62,005 bases of DNA from positions 1 through 62,005 of IMG/VR virus record IMGVR_UViG_3300037247_002096; one strand, 5' to 3'. The stretch comes from a virus. Lineage: Duplodnaviria; Caudoviricetes. The translations under genes were made by a program, and so were the position numbers. A model generated the notes under the pieces. It saw only the letters and a list, made by a program, of their open reading frames with translations. It did not search any database and had not been told where the DNA came from. Shown piece after piece: positions 1 through 10,860 of this stretch; position 1 is the first letter of the stretch, and each line of letters begins with the position of its first letter.

Positions 1-127
1 TTGTCACCACGCCGGATGTTCTGACTGATTTGGCCATTGTGATTGGCGGCGGCACAAGTGTTGTTCAATCCGGGGATGGGGGCATTGCCGGAACGGTCAC
101 GCTTGATGCGGACGCTATTACTTTCAC
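1..127. repeat. Terminal direct repeat, left copy (circular assembly overlap)
   Basis: 1-127 is identical to 61879-62005. Confidence 0.95.
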
Positions 128-3100
128 CGCAATCAATCAAATCAGCCTAGCCTCGGAAGTTGATTTTGTCGGTGGTACGCAAAATTATCGCGTTGGGCAT
201 GACAACGATAAATTAACTTTACAAAGTCTTGACACTGGTGTCGATTTTGCTTTTGATTTTTATACAAATGATGGTGACGGCACAGATGAACTCGGCATCA
301 CTTTTTACAACGTTGGGACACCTGGCTCTATTATAAACAATGAAAACTTATTTATTGGCTCTGAAAATAATGAATGGTGGTTGCTAAGCAATAAGGCTGG
401 AACAGGAACGCTACGAGATATTGTAATTGGCGTATCGCTTGGCAACCCAAATCAAATTAGGGCTTCTGCTAATGGCGTTGTGACCTTGAACAGTCTGGTC
501 ACTGTGGATACCACTGGTCAGACGCTAGACATTGAAGCGGTAACTTCGGGCATTGCCTTATTCACCCTAAGTGATGATTTGGGTGCTCCTGGTCTATCAA
601 TATCGTTTAACGATTCAACCGACCGATCATTAATTACTGCGCTCAACACCATCGACATAATCTCACAAGGTGCTGATGTTGACATTGTTGCTGATAATGA
701 TCTTACCTTAGAAGGCGATAACCAAGTACGCATACTCAGTTTAAGTGCGCCCATATTATTGAATGCACAGACATCGATATCAGCAAACGGTCAGACGTTG
801 GACATTGAGCCTATTACCAATGGCACAGCGAAATACTCGCTGAGTAATTCTGTCGGAGCGGAGTCGTTCTTCGTATCGTTCAACGATCTCACTGCTGATA
901 CCCAAATGGTTGCACCGTTCTTGTTCGATATCATATCGGACGCTGGCAATCTCAACCTTACGGCAACAGCAGGTGAGATCAATCTTACCGCCGGAGCAGG
1001 TGGCATGACGCTTGACTCGACTGGACTGCTTATCATCCGCTCGGATGCCGCAAGCGATGTTGCAATATCTGCTGGCGTTGCGATGAATATCACTGCTGAC
1101 ACAGGCGATACTTTCATCACCACCTCCGTTGGGGATCTCAACCTTGTCACTGGCGGTCAGATCGTAATGAATAGTCTGGTCACTGTTGATACCACAGGCC
1201 AGACACTTGATGTCGAGGCTCTAACTTCTGGTATTGCTAGATTTACCCTGAGTGATGACGCTGGCGTTGTCGTTGCTGATTTTAATTTCAACGATAGCAC
1301 TGATGGAACCGAGCTTAGCGCGACAGGTGAACTCGTGATTAATACCCCGATGTTTTTAGGCGTTAACGGCGGCCAACTTGAGCTTACGAGCGGCACAACC
1401 CTTAGCATCACTTCGGGAGGAACAGGCGACATAACGATAAACGGGGCAGATGACGTTAATATCATTGCAACAGATAACATCACTTTTTCTGCAGTTGGCG
1501 TTGGTAACGGAATTGTAGAGCCACTCGCACTTTTTCATAACAGAAACGATGGTGGCGATTTCATCATTAATTTCCGTTATGAGAATGACGGAAGCAACCC
1601 TGCCGTAATTGATAAATTCATAGGTGATCGAGATCCGAATGGCAACGTCACCGGATCGGGTGGCGATGAATATAATCGAGGTAGTGGTGAAACGTCTGGC
1701 TCTTATGAAAGCCTTGAAGAAACAACCGGAAACGAATGGCACAAGAGGGATGTCAGCCCACCGACTAGAATAATAATCAACAGCACTGCTGAGTATGAAG
1801 CACTAGGGAGTGGCGATGTCATCACTGTTACCGGAACGCTTACGCTGATATTTAATGTCAGAGTTTTTTCAGCTACAGTTTTTGATGTTCAAGCTGGAGC
1901 CGATCTTGCTCTTGTCAGGGGCAACATTGGCGGAGGAATATTTTCTGATGCAATTACAGCCGCCACTATGTTTACCGGAAGCGATGCTTCACTTGTATTG
2001 GATGGCGTGGTTCTTATTTCTCAAAATGGCATGACTTTATTTGATTGGGAGCATGGCGAGTCACAAAATGCACCGCAAAATGTGGGCATCCGAAACAACG
2101 CTGTTTTTATAGGCTTCCAAACGGGAGAAATTCGCAAGATATCTACTTCACCAACAGGTGGTGCTTTTCAGGTCAGAGATTCGTCTTTTATAAATTGGTT
2201 GAGTGGGCTTACGATAATCGACACCTTTGTCAATACAAGTAACGTTGGCTTGGGACAGTTAACTACAGGTGATGCAGGAGAGGCTTTTTATAATGTTCTC
2301 AGCACCACGCAAACACTTCCGCCACAGGTAAAAATCACCAACCCAACAGGGCAACTCAAAGCTGGCGAAACGCTTGTACGTTTTGATCCTGGTGGCAGTA
2401 GTATTGCCAACTTGTCCATATCAGGAAGCAACCTTGATTTCTTGGGAGACTTTTTCGACACGACAGGAATTGCCCCGACTGCGTTTACCGGCGTGGTTGA
2501 TAATTCTCTCGCCGCGACTGCTATCACCAGCGTTGCCGCTGGAACCAACGGCACAGTTGCCCGTTTTGACACAGGCGGTGCTATTCCCATTTTGGGGCAG
2601 ACTGCAACGATATCTGGTTTTATCACCAATACGGATTACAACGTAACTGGGCGGATATCCTTCACATCTGGCACTACTTTTGAAATTGAATTTGTTGTTT
2701 TCGGCACGACTGAAACAGGCAGTGTTCTTGCTAATGGCGTGACAATCACATCGACCGCACATGGGCTGGCCGATGATACCGGCGTGTTGCTTGATACGGA
2801 TGATGTCACGGACTATGACGGCGGTTTTCACATCTACAATGAAACCACCAACACGTTCGATGTTTCCACTGTCTTCACTGAAACACAAACAGGCACATGG
2901 AGCACTCAGGGTCTTGACCAGCAAGCGGTGTCGGTACTCGCAATAAATAATCAGGATTTGGTAGACAGTCATTATATTGCAACGGCATTTGTAAATAATA
3001 ATGTTGCCGCCTCCGGCCCAATAGTTAATGGTGTCTTTACCGACATGACCTTTGGGTTTACGCCAAGCACATCGTTGATCGAAGGCTCCACGCGAGAGCG

Positions 3101-3653
3101 GTGGAAGCTGATTGATCCCGTTATTTGCTTATATGAATACACAGGCAACGAACCTTTCGATGGGCTTATCACTTCCGATGCTACTTCCGAAAGTTCTGGT
3201 GGTGCTCAGGATTTCAGATATAAATGGTTGCACACAATCACCGCTTTTATATCAGAAAACACTATTGGCTTTGATGTCAGTGGCGTTATAGCTGACACTG
3301 GATTTGGATTTTTGAATGCTGGATTTCGAGTTGGTGACAATTTTGCTGTTACAAACACGGCATCCAATAACGGGAATTACAAAATTGCGGCCATACAAGC
3401 AGATCAAATTACTGTATCTGACGAAGATACTTTAGTTTCCGAGGCGGTAGGCACGGCAACGCTTACTGGAACGTTTGGGAATTTACCGGATGACGTAGAG
3501 GGTCAATCTTCTATTGGCAGTACCGCAAAGAGTATTTCAAAAACGTTTCCACTTGCGGCTGTGAAAGGCGACCAGATCAAACCAGCACAAACACGCAATA
3601 GCGGATCAAGTTCAATCATTCACCAATTCTTTTCAATGTACGCAACGATGTGA
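1..3653 (+). CDS. 3' part of a giant tail fibre/virion appendage protein that starts at 60177 and crosses the circular junction (~1784 aa)
   Basis: Gly/Thr/Ser/Asp-rich with internal repeats (NSLVTVDTTGQTLD.E..TSGIA.FTLSDD); same frame as the ORF opening at 60177. Confidence 0.75.
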   Translation, partial: VTTPDVLTDLAIVIGGGTSVVQSGDGGIAGTVTLDADAITFTAINQISLASEVDFVGGTQNYRVGHDNDKLTLQSLDTGVDFAFDFYTNDGDGTDELGITFYNVGTPGSIINNENLFIGSENNEWWLLSNKAGTGTLRDIVIGVSLGNPNQIRASANGVVTLNSLVTVDTTGQTLDIEAVTSGIALFTLSDDLGAPGLSISFNDSTDRSLITALNTIDIISQGADVDIVADNDLTLEGDNQVRILSLSAPILLNAQTSISANGQTLDIEPITNGTAKYSLSNSVGAESFFVSFNDLTADTQMVAPFLFDIISDAGNLNLTATAGEINLTAGAGGMTLDSTGLLIIRSDAASDVAISAGVAMNITADTGDTFITTSVGDLNLVTGGQIVMNSLVTVDTTGQTLDVEALTSGIARFTLSDDAGVVVADFNFNDSTDGTELSATGELVINTPMFLGVNGGQLELTSGTTLSITSGGTGDITINGADDVNIIATDNITFSAVGVGNGIVEPLALFHNRNDGGDFIINFRYENDGSNPAVIDKFIGDRDPNGNVTGSGGDEYNRGSGETSGSYESLEETTGNEWHKRDVSPPTRIIINSTAEYEALGSGDVITVTGTLTLIFNVRVFSATVFDVQAGADLALVRGNIGGGIFSDAITAATMFTGSDASLVLDGVVLISQNGMTLFDWEHGESQNAPQNVGIRNNAVFIGFQTGEIRKISTSPTGGAFQVRDSSFINWLSGLTIIDTFVNTSNVGLGQLTTGDAGEAFYNVLSTTQTLPPQVKITNPTGQLKAGETLVRFDPGGSSIANLSISGSNLDFLGDFFDTTGIAPTAFTGVVDNSLAATAITSVAAGTNGTVARFDTGGAIPILGQTATISGFITNTDYNVTGRISFTSGTTFEIEFVVFGTTETGSVLANGVTITSTAHGLADDTGVLLDTDDVTDYDGGFHIYNETTNTFDVSTVFTETQTGTWSTQGLDQQAVSVLAINNQDLVDSHYIATAFVNNNVAASGPIVNGVFTDMTFGFTPSTSLIEGSTRERWKLIDPVICLYEYTGNEPFDGLITSDATSESSGGAQDFRYKWLHTITAFISENTIGFDVSGVIADTGFGFLNAGFRVGDNFAVTNTASNNGNYKIAAIQADQITVSDEDTLVSEAVGTATLTGTFGNLPDDVEGQSSIGSTAKSISKTFPLAAVKGDQIKPAQTRNSGSSSIIHQFFSMYATM

Positions 3654-3660
3654 TGAAATT

Positions 3661-3939
3661 ATGAACAAACCAATGAGCGATGAGGTGCTTGAAGAACTCG
3701 AAGAACTTACGAATGTTCCCCACGATGTTGGTGGTGCTAATGATCTTATTTTGAAAGCTGTTAGCGAGATCAAGAGAGCGCAATCTTCGGAAAAAGCATA
3801 CATGGAGAGAAATCGTTTTCTTGAAAAAAAAGAACTCAATAAATGTGGGAATTGTCGTTTTTGGGGAGAAGACGGTGAAGGAGCATTAAGCATTTGTGTA
3901 GATACTATAAGGGATTTCAAATGCGACAACTGGGAATGA
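3661..3939 (+). CDS. Hypothetical protein
   Basis: 92-aa ORF in operon, CxxC motif. Confidence 0.55.
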   Translation: MNKPMSDEVLEELEELTNVPHDVGGANDLILKAVSEIKRAQSSEKAYMERNRFLEKKELNKCGNCRFWGEDGEGALSICVDTIRDFKCDNWE

Positions 3940-3978
3940 AAACCAGCCAAATATTCAAGAAACGATTTAGGTGACAAT

Positions 3979-4668
3979 ATGCCCCTAACTTATAAAGGTG
4001 AAATTTACCGGGACGACCTTCTCAACAGGTTCACAAGTCATACTTTCGATACTCCAACCACAGTTGGATCGAAGACAAGGATTGTGTTCAGAGATGGTGG
4101 TTCTGTTCTGATTGATGAAGCGACTAAACTTGAAGTCGATGACGCTTACAAAGCGATAAGGCTTAGGCTTGTGGGCACGTTTGATGAAGTAATGCCCAGG
4201 CTCACAGTGGCACAAAGGGATGCTCTGACAGCCCCTGATGATGCCTTACAATTTTTTGAAACAGATGCAGATGAAGTGCAGATTCACTATCAGGGTTTAT
4301 TTGAAACGGTTGGTGCCGGTGAGTGGAAAGTACGCACAGCAACAACTGTCCAAACCACCGATGCCACCCAAACGACTATTGACTCGTTCACAATAGATGA
4401 CCTTGAGACTTACATGGTCAGGATACACGTGGTTTGCACAGAATCAACGGCAGCACAACGTGGGTCTTTTATTAAAACGGCTACCGTTTATAGATCAGGC
4501 GGTGGTGCCGTTGTGGAAGGGGCTGTCAGTTCTCAACATGATGTGTCAAGCGTGGTTCAATATGATGCGACTATAACAGTCTCAGGAAATGAAGTCCGTG
4601 CCAGTGTGACAGGCTTTGGTACGGATATTCTTAACTGGAAATGTTCAATGCAATTCATTGAGCAATAA
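3979..4668 (+). CDS. Putative virion structural protein
   Basis: Thr-rich, with a PRLTVAQRDAL motif typical of phage fibre proteins. Confidence 0.6.
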   Translation: MPLTYKGEIYRDDLLNRFTSHTFDTPTTVGSKTRIVFRDGGSVLIDEATKLEVDDAYKAIRLRLVGTFDEVMPRLTVAQRDALTAPDDALQFFETDADEVQIHYQGLFETVGAGEWKVRTATTVQTTDATQTTIDSFTIDDLETYMVRIHVVCTESTAAQRGSFIKTATVYRSGGGAVVEGAVSSQHDVSSVVQYDATITVSGNEVRASVTGFGTDILNWKCSMQFIEQ

Positions 4669-4681
4669 GAAAGGTAAAACT

Positions 4682-4840
4682 ATGACTACAACAGAAGCAT
4701 TGGCTCTATTGGAAAATACTTGTCTCGTTCATATGGTTCAAATTCCAAAAGATAATAGACCAAAAATATTAGAAGCAGCAGATATTTTGAGGAACCTAAT
4801 TGATCTCCACAATGATAAAGAAGAAAAAAAGGATGAATAA
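4682..4840 (+). CDS. Small hypothetical protein
   Basis: ATG after GAAAGG; stop overlaps the next start (TAATG). Confidence 0.5.
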   Translation: MTTTEALALLENTCLVHMVQIPKDNRPKILEAADILRNLIDLHNDKEEKKDE

Positions 4841-5151
4841 TGGCTAAATTTAGAAAGAAACCAGTCGTGATTGAAGCGGTTCAATACACGGGAAAAAATT
4901 TCAAAGAAATTATGGAATTCGCAAAGGATTCTGGTCGTGAATTTGGGGAGGATTTTTTGGGAGATGAAATGACCATAAAAACCCTTGAAGGAGAAATGAC
5001 AGCTAATAAAAATGATTGGATCATCAAAGGCGTGAAAGGTGAATTTTACCCGTGCAAGCCTGATATTTTCGAGCTAACTTATGAATCAGAAAACCAAGAA
5101 CTCCGCTCCATTGAGAAACAAAAAGCCGATAATGGTAAAAAGGATGAATAA
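4840..5151 (+). CDS. Conserved phage protein ([13 protein letters not shown]...[11 protein letters not shown] family)
   Basis: Recognisable widespread phage family motifs; flanked by a 19-bp direct repeat. Confidence 0.8.
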   Translation: MAKFRKKPVVIEAVQYTGKNFKEIMEFAKDSGREFGEDFLGDEMTIKTLEGEMTANKNDWIIKGVKGEFYPCKPDIFELTYESENQELRSIEKQKADNGKKDE

Positions 5152-5606
5152 TGGCCGAACCAATAAAGGGATTGCCATGGACGTTTCCGATAACCCTCGA
5201 CAGCGTGTTGAACTCAGGGTTTCAGGTGAACCCTACCCTCTCCGCTGGAGATTTCCAAATATCCCTGGACGGCTCTGCTTTCTCAAATCTTGCCACCTTG
5301 CCAGTGGTTTCACCGGCAGGGTCTGCCCAAGTTCTGATTTCCTTAAGCGGGGCCGAAAGAGATGCTGACGTTGCACTTTTATTGGCAGTTGACCAGGCCG
5401 GTGATGAATGGGAACAACTGGCCGTTCAAATGGATATTCCGGTATCCACCTCTGAAACGGCGGTTGATCTTTTGGAGGGCGATCATATTGAAACAAGTTC
5501 GAGTTTGATAATAAACAAAAAGGGAACAACAACACCCGTATTATCAAAAACCATTACAGGGAGTTTGCTCCCTGTAACGGTGACAATCAGGACACTTGAT
5601 ACTTAA
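5151..5606 (+). CDS. Putative virion structural protein
   Basis: 151-aa ORF, translationally coupled, beta-rich composition. Confidence 0.6.
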   Translation: MAEPIKGLPWTFPITLDSVLNSGFQVNPTLSAGDFQISLDGSAFSNLATLPVVSPAGSAQVLISLSGAERDADVALLLAVDQAGDEWEQLAVQMDIPVSTSETAVDLLEGDHIETSSSLIINKKGTTTPVLSKTITGSLLPVTVTIRTLDT

Positions 5607-6072
5607 TAATCTAAAAAAGGAGATTAATCATGTCAATTCAAAGCATTCAACAAGTGGTTCATAAACCAGGAACAAGAAAACCCCGTAAACCCAGGAAGTG
5701 AAAAAATGAATCAGTATATGGCACTTCATTGGGGGCAGGTCAAGGCCGCCGATATTTTTGCGATTGGCACCGGAACATATCGTGGCAGGATAACCAAGGG
5801 TAGAGGCTGTGTATCGTCTATGGAACAACCAATTTTTATTATGAGAATAGCAGCATCTTCATTGGAATATGACCAAGAGTTGAAATTGAACGATGGCAAA
5901 CACAATAAATCCTAAACAATGTAGGAAAGGATGCCGCAATCTGACTGGGCAGATATTATCTAACCCTGCCAGAGGTTTTATTGTCGATGGAATCAATTTA
6001 ATTGGAAACATTCCACCGAAAACCGGTAGAGGGAGGATTAAACTCCGACCGTTTCGGGGAGGCATATTTTAA

Positions 6073-6447
6073 ATGAGTGCTATCCCGATCACCACAAAAG
6101 GCGGCGATTTACCTTTTCAGTTTGATTTGGATGGGTTGCCGCTCGATGGTTTCATTTGCACCATTACGGTTAAAAAAAGGCCAGAGTTGGAAGATGAAAT
6201 CACCCCCAGGGTGATAGAACCAACCGATGACCTTTGGACTGGGTTTTTGACCACAACAGAAATTGCTTCTTTATCAGTTGGCCGCCATGAACTTATTGCG
6301 TTGATTGAAAATACCAACACTTTGGAAGGACAACAAAGGCCAAAGAGGTTCTTTGTTATAGATTCTTTCTCAACTACTGACCCAATTTCTTGGGACAGTC
6401 TCGTAGGCAATTGGGACAGTCTTGTAGGGAATTGGGACAGTCTTTAA
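6073..6447 (+). CDS. Hypothetical virion protein, paralog of 7435-7740, with C-terminal (WDSLVGN) repeats
   Basis: Near-identical N-terminus to 7435-7740; 21-nt tandem repeat at about 6391-6444. Confidence 0.7.
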   Translation: MSAIPITTKGGDLPFQFDLDGLPLDGFICTITVKKRPELEDEITPRVIEPTDDLWTGFLTTTEIASLSVGRHELIALIENTNTLEGQQRPKRFFVIDSFSTTDPISWDSLVGNWDSLVGNWDSL

Positions 6448-6464
6448 AAATAAATGAGCCAATT

Positions 6465-7433
6465 ATGCCACAAGCCGACTATGTCATAGAAGACCAATTA
6501 ATGCAGCCTGCCAGGTTAGAAATAAATACTAACCTGCAAGCCATAGCGACAAATAATTCCGGTGCTGTGGAACCTTCTTCAACATTCCCTTATCAGTGGT
6601 GGGTGGACACAACTACCGGGTTATTGAAAATAAGAAATGCGTTGAATACAGACTGGATAACAGTCGGGTTCGTAGCTCTTGATAATTTGGGTCATGCTTT
6701 AACTGCTAATCCATTATCCCAATTTGCTTCAACTACATCTGCTGAATTATTGGGAGTGATCTCGGATGAAACCGGAACCGGCCAACTTGTTTTTGCAACA
6801 AACCCCACGCTTGTAACTCCCAGTTTAGGGACTCCTTCTGCAATAATTCTTACAAACGGCACCGTTCTTCCATTGACCACTGGAGTTACTGGCAACCTTC
6901 CCGTCACAAATTTAAACAGTGGAACCAATGCTTCGGCTGACACATTTTGGCGTGGGGATACGACCTGGGCGGCGGCAGGAATAGTAGTTCAGGAAGTGAA
7001 TTTTCAGGATGGGATATTAAACACCGGCACGACTACATTCCCTGTCGATAACACAACCCCACAAATTACAGAAGGTGATGAATATATGACATTGGCAATA
7101 ACCCCAACAAATGCAGCCAACCGACTCTTGATCGAGGTTGATTGGTTTGGAGCACATAGTGCCGCAGACGTTCAGATGTCTATGGCTTTATTCCAGGATT
7201 CCACTGCCGACGCATTGGCATCTGCGTTAGAACCAAGACCGGGGGTTATAAATCAACGTTCACATATCAGTTTAAGGCATTCCATGATCGCCGGAACGAC
7301 TTCATCGACCACTTTTAGAGTAAGAGCAGGTTCGGCTTCTCCTGGAACAACAACATTTAATGGTGCTGGGGGAATTGGTAATTATAACGGCACATTGGCT
7401 TCGGTAATAATCATCACTGAATCAAAAGTATGA
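6465..7433 (+). CDS. Tail fibre protein
   Basis: N-terminal [23 protein letters not shown] motif of phage fibres; C-terminal domain paralogous to 25875-27212; ATG at 6465 preferred. Confidence 0.75.
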   Translation: MPQADYVIEDQLMQPARLEINTNLQAIATNNSGAVEPSSTFPYQWWVDTTTGLLKIRNALNTDWITVGFVALDNLGHALTANPLSQFASTTSAELLGVISDETGTGQLVFATNPTLVTPSLGTPSAIILTNGTVLPLTTGVTGNLPVTNLNSGTNASADTFWRGDTTWAAAGIVVQEVNFQDGILNTGTTTFPVDNTTPQITEGDEYMTLAITPTNAANRLLIEVDWFGAHSAADVQMSMALFQDSTADALASALEPRPGVINQRSHISLRHSMIAGTTSSTTFRVRAGSASPGTTTFNGAGGIGNYNGTLASVIIITESKV

Positions 7434-7434
7434 A

Positions 7435-7740
7435 ATGAGCGTTATTCCTACAACTACCAGAGGTGGCGATTTACCTTTTCAATTCGATTTGGATGGATTG
7501 CCTCTAGATGGTTTCATCTGCACAATCACGGTTAAAAAGCGTTCAGAATTGCCGGATGAAATCATCCGTAGGGTCATCACCCCAACAGACGATCTTTGGA
7601 CGGGGTTTTTAACCACAACAGAAGTCGCTGGTTTGTCCATTGGCCGTCATGAACTTATTGCGTTGATAGTCAATTCGAGCACTTTGGAAGGACAGGAAAA
7701 ACCAAAACGCTTTCAGGTCACAGCCAGTTGGAAAACTTGA
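7435..7740 (+). CDS. Hypothetical virion protein, paralog of 6073-6447
   Basis: Shares [27 protein letters not shown]. Confidence 0.7.
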   Translation: MSVIPTTTRGGDLPFQFDLDGLPLDGFICTITVKKRSELPDEIIRRVITPTDDLWTGFLTTTEVAGLSIGRHELIALIVNSSTLEGQEKPKRFQVTASWKT

Positions 7741-7743
7741 ATT

Positions 7744-8922
7744 ATGACAACTTTAAAAGATTTAAAACCGGACACCAAAAACGCCCGCAAGCATAACCCC
7801 AGAAATATCGGCATGATAGCCGATGCGTTGCGCGAAGTTGGCGCGGCCCGATCCGGAGTCATCGACGAAGATGGCAATATTTTAGCTGGCAATGGCACCT
7901 ATGAAGCCCTCGCCGAAGCTGGGATTGAAAAAGTAAAAATCGTTGAAGCCGATGGAAATGAGTGGGTCGTTGTAAAACGGTCCGGATTGACCAAAAAAGA
8001 AAAAGCCAAACTCGCTCTTTATGACAACCGCACGGCGGAATTGGCCGATTGGGACATTGATAACCTTGGCCTGCTGGATGACGAACACGAAAATATTTTT
8101 GACAATATTTTCTCCCAAGATGAATTGGATGAATTGTTCGGAGATGACTCAGGCCCTGGTGAATTGGAAGGCGAAGACGATGCCCCAGAACCACCAGTAG
8201 AACCGACAACCAAACTGGGGGATATGTATCAGTTGGGCGATCATTTTCTTTTGTGTGGCAATTCAACTGATAAGGCCCAAGTTGACAGGCTTATGGATGG
8301 GCAGAAGGCCGACATGGTTTTTACTGACCCGCCGTATGGGATCAACGAAAAAACTGACAGAGTTTTTGCGAGTCGTACACGTGTGACAAAAGGAAATAGT
8401 TTCCCAAAAATTATTGGGGACAAATCTATTGACACCGCTTTAATTGCTTTTGAAATTGCCAATAGTCTGTCAGATATTGTTTGTTATTGGGGAGGCAATT
8501 ATTTTTCTTATAAACTTCCGCCATCTCCTTGCTGGATTGTTTGGGATAAGAGGGTTGAGGATAAACAAAGAGATGTTAATAGCGATTGCGAACTTGCGTA
8601 TATTAAACATCCCTCAAAAAAATCAGTAAGGATTTTTAGGCATCTTTGGAAGGGAATGATTAAAGGTTCCGAGAATGGCCAACGTCGAATTCATCCAACC
8701 CAAAAACCAATTGCCTTAGCAGAGTGGTGTTTTATTGAACTTGATAAAGAAGGCAGATCTGTAGTCGATCTTTTCGGCGGATCCGGATCGACCATGATCG
8801 CCTGCGAAAAAATGAATCGAAAATGCTACATGATGGAAATTGACCCTGCTTACTGTGATGTGATTGTCGAACGATATAGGAATTTATTTCCGGAAAAAGA
8901 AATATGTCTGATGAAGATGTAA
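7744..8922 (+). CDS. ParB-like N-terminal domain plus N6A/N4C DNA methyltransferase
   Basis: NARKH and ILAGNG in the ParB-like part; DPPY, HPTQKP and DLFGGSGST motifs. Confidence 0.9.
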   Translation: MTTLKDLKPDTKNARKHNPRNIGMIADALREVGAARSGVIDEDGNILAGNGTYEALAEAGIEKVKIVEADGNEWVVVKRSGLTKKEKAKLALYDNRTAELADWDIDNLGLLDDEHENIFDNIFSQDELDELFGDDSGPGELEGEDDAPEPPVEPTTKLGDMYQLGDHFLLCGNSTDKAQVDRLMDGQKADMVFTDPPYGINEKTDRVFASRTRVTKGNSFPKIIGDKSIDTALIAFEIANSLSDIVCYWGGNYFSYKLPPSPCWIVWDKRVEDKQRDVNSDCELAYIKHPSKKSVRIFRHLWKGMIKGSENGQRRIHPTQKPIALAEWCFIELDKEGRSVVDLFGGSGSTMIACEKMNRKCYMMEIDPAYCDVIVERYRNLFPEKEICLMKM

Positions 8923-9263
8923 AAGAATATCCCAATTTAAAACCCTTTGAACCAGGTAAATCTGGCAACCCAAAAGGCCGACCAACAGGTGCAAAGACTG
9001 GGCTTAGAGCACGTCTGTTGCGGGCTCTGGATGATAAAGCCGACGCTGATATTTTAGAAAAGCTCAAAGAAAAGGGCATAAATCTCAAAGATAATGATTA
9101 TGCGGAAGTCATTGCCCACGTTTTGATAAGGCAAGCTGTCAAAGGAAATATTCAATCGATCAGAACCCTTTTGGAAAACACCGAAAGCCCAATGCCAAAA
9201 GAAATTAACTTAACCGGCGATATGATTGTATATATTGGAGACAAAGATGCTGGCAACCTCTGA
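8904..9263 (+). CDS. Terminase small subunit (DUF5681-like)
   Basis: FEPGKSGNPKGRP motif; immediately upstream of TerL. Confidence 0.8.
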   Translation: MSDEDVKEYPNLKPFEPGKSGNPKGRPTGAKTGLRARLLRALDDKADADILEKLKEKGINLKDNDYAEVIAHVLIRQAVKGNIQSIRTLLENTESPMPKEINLTGDMIVYIGDKDAGNL

Positions 9264-10632
9264 TGGGATAATACAAAACAAAGAATTTGTATTGACTGCT
9301 AAACAGAGTGAAGCCGTTGATCTTATCAGTTCACCGGCCACTAACATATTGTTTTATGGCGGTGCCCGCTCTACAAAAACATTCACTTTCGTTCGTTCTA
9401 TCCTCAATCGTGCGATTGGTGTTCCAAAATCCCGCCATTTGATTGCTCGGTTCCGTTTCAACCATGTCAAAGCCTCTATCGTTTACGATACTTTCCCAAA
9501 AGTCATGGAACTGTGTTTTCCCCAAGTACGTTACAAGTCCAATAACGTCGATTGGTTTGTCGAATTCAAAAACGGATCTCGCATTTGGTTTGGCGGGCTG
9601 GATGATAAGGAACGCACTGAAAAAATCCTAGGGAATGAATATGCCACCATATTTCTAAATGAAGTTTCACAATTATCTTACGGAAGTTACCTGACCCTGG
9701 TCACACGATTGGCTCAACAGTGTTTTTATGAGAAGGACGGAGAGATTAAGGAATTGCGTTTGAAAATGTTTTGTGATGAAAATCCACCGTTTAGGAGCCA
9801 TTGGAGCCACAAACTTTTTATAGACAAAATTGAACCTGAAGAAAAACTTGCCTTAAAAGACCCGGAAAATTACATCAGTTTCAAGATGAACCCAGTTGAC
9901 AACCGGGAGAACCTTTCAGAAAAGTATTTGAAATCGCTTGATAACTTGCCAAAACGTAGGCGTGACAGGTATTACCTCGGACTTTTCGGCGATGACACTG
10001 AAAACGCTCTTTGGACTGATAAAATTCTGAACGACAACCGAGTCGATAATATTCCCGAAAACGTCACCATCGTCCGCACCGTGGTTGCGGTGGATCCATC
10101 CGGTGCAAGCGATAACCCCGAAGAACACAATGACGATATTGGCATCGGCGTGATTTCATTAGGATCGGACGGCATCGCCTATGTTTTGGAAGACTTGACC
10201 TTACACGTCGGCCCCGCAGAATGGGGCAAAGTGGTCGCCTCGGCTTATGACCGTCATGAAGCGGACCGAGTGGTCGGCGAAGAGAATTTTGGCGGTGCTA
10301 TGGTTCAGCACGTGGTAAGAACGGCAAAACCACTCATTTCATACAAATCTGTCCGGGCATCCAAGGGTAAAGCAATAAGAGCCGAACCTATCAGTGCGTT
10401 GCACGAGACCGGGAAAATAAAATTTGTCGGTCGATTCGATGAACTGGAGGACGAATTAACCTCCTTCACCACGACAGGTTATACCGGTAGCAAATCTCCT
10501 AATAGAGCGGATTGGTTTGTATGGGGGATTTATGAATTATTCCCCGGCTTGACCAAACCAAAAAAGAAAAGTCATGATGAAATCTATAAAAATGTTCCCA
10601 AACTAAAACGCTTCGGGCACACCGGAAGATAA
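9226..10632 (+). CDS. terL: Terminase large subunit
   Basis: Walker A-like YGGARSTKT, Walker B IFLNE, nuclease VVAVDPS and SPNRAD; alternative ATG at 9247. Confidence 0.92.
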   Translation: MYILETKMLATSDGIIQNKEFVLTAKQSEAVDLISSPATNILFYGGARSTKTFTFVRSILNRAIGVPKSRHLIARFRFNHVKASIVYDTFPKVMELCFPQVRYKSNNVDWFVEFKNGSRIWFGGLDDKERTEKILGNEYATIFLNEVSQLSYGSYLTLVTRLAQQCFYEKDGEIKELRLKMFCDENPPFRSHWSHKLFIDKIEPEEKLALKDPENYISFKMNPVDNRENLSEKYLKSLDNLPKRRRDRYYLGLFGDDTENALWTDKILNDNRVDNIPENVTIVRTVVAVDPSGASDNPEEHNDDIGIGVISLGSDGIAYVLEDLTLHVGPAEWGKVVASAYDRHEADRVVGEENFGGAMVQHVVRTAKPLISYKSVRASKGKAIRAEPISALHETGKIKFVGRFDELEDELTSFTTTGYTGSKSPNRADWFVWGIYELFPGLTKPKKKSHDEIYKNVPKLKRFGHTGR

Positions 10633-10646
10633 CCAAAGAAAACGTT

Positions 10647-10838
10647 ATGTCTAAAGAAAATAAAAAAATCAGTGATTTGGATCATGCTGACCCTGGATGC
10701 CCAAATTGCGAAGGTGAAGGATGGGTTTGTGAAGTTCACGAAACAATCCCTTGGGATTTTGGCGATGGTTGTTGTGGCGAAGCTGGGACACCGTGCCAAT
10801 GTAACCCGTTGAGTGAGCGTAAATCCATTCTCAATTAG
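10647..10838 (+). CDS. Small Cys-rich putative zinc-binding protein
   Basis: CPNCEGEGWVCEVH...CCG...CQC. Confidence 0.55.
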   Translation: MSKENKKISDLDHADPGCPNCEGEGWVCEVHETIPWDFGDGCCGEAGTPCQCNPLSERKSILN

Positions 10839-10860
10839 TTTTTTATTAAAGGAAATTAAT

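Noticed and set aside
518-3172. Numerous minus-strand ORFs inside the giant fibre gene, and similar shadows in portal, ejection and MCP genes
   Set aside because: Antisense shadow ORFs without RBS or motifs.
5136-5156. Possible self-target of array 1 unit 3 (TAAAAAGGA exact, then ATAATG partly matching the reverse complement of TTACATTAT)
   Set aside because: Needs a 3-nt gap and 3 mismatches; A-rich 9-mers match by chance. A full computational target search was not possible.
6073-7740. Diversity-generating retroelement (duplicated segments near tail fibres)
   Set aside because: No reverse transcriptase was recognised, and both copies are intact ORFs with differences not confined to adenines.
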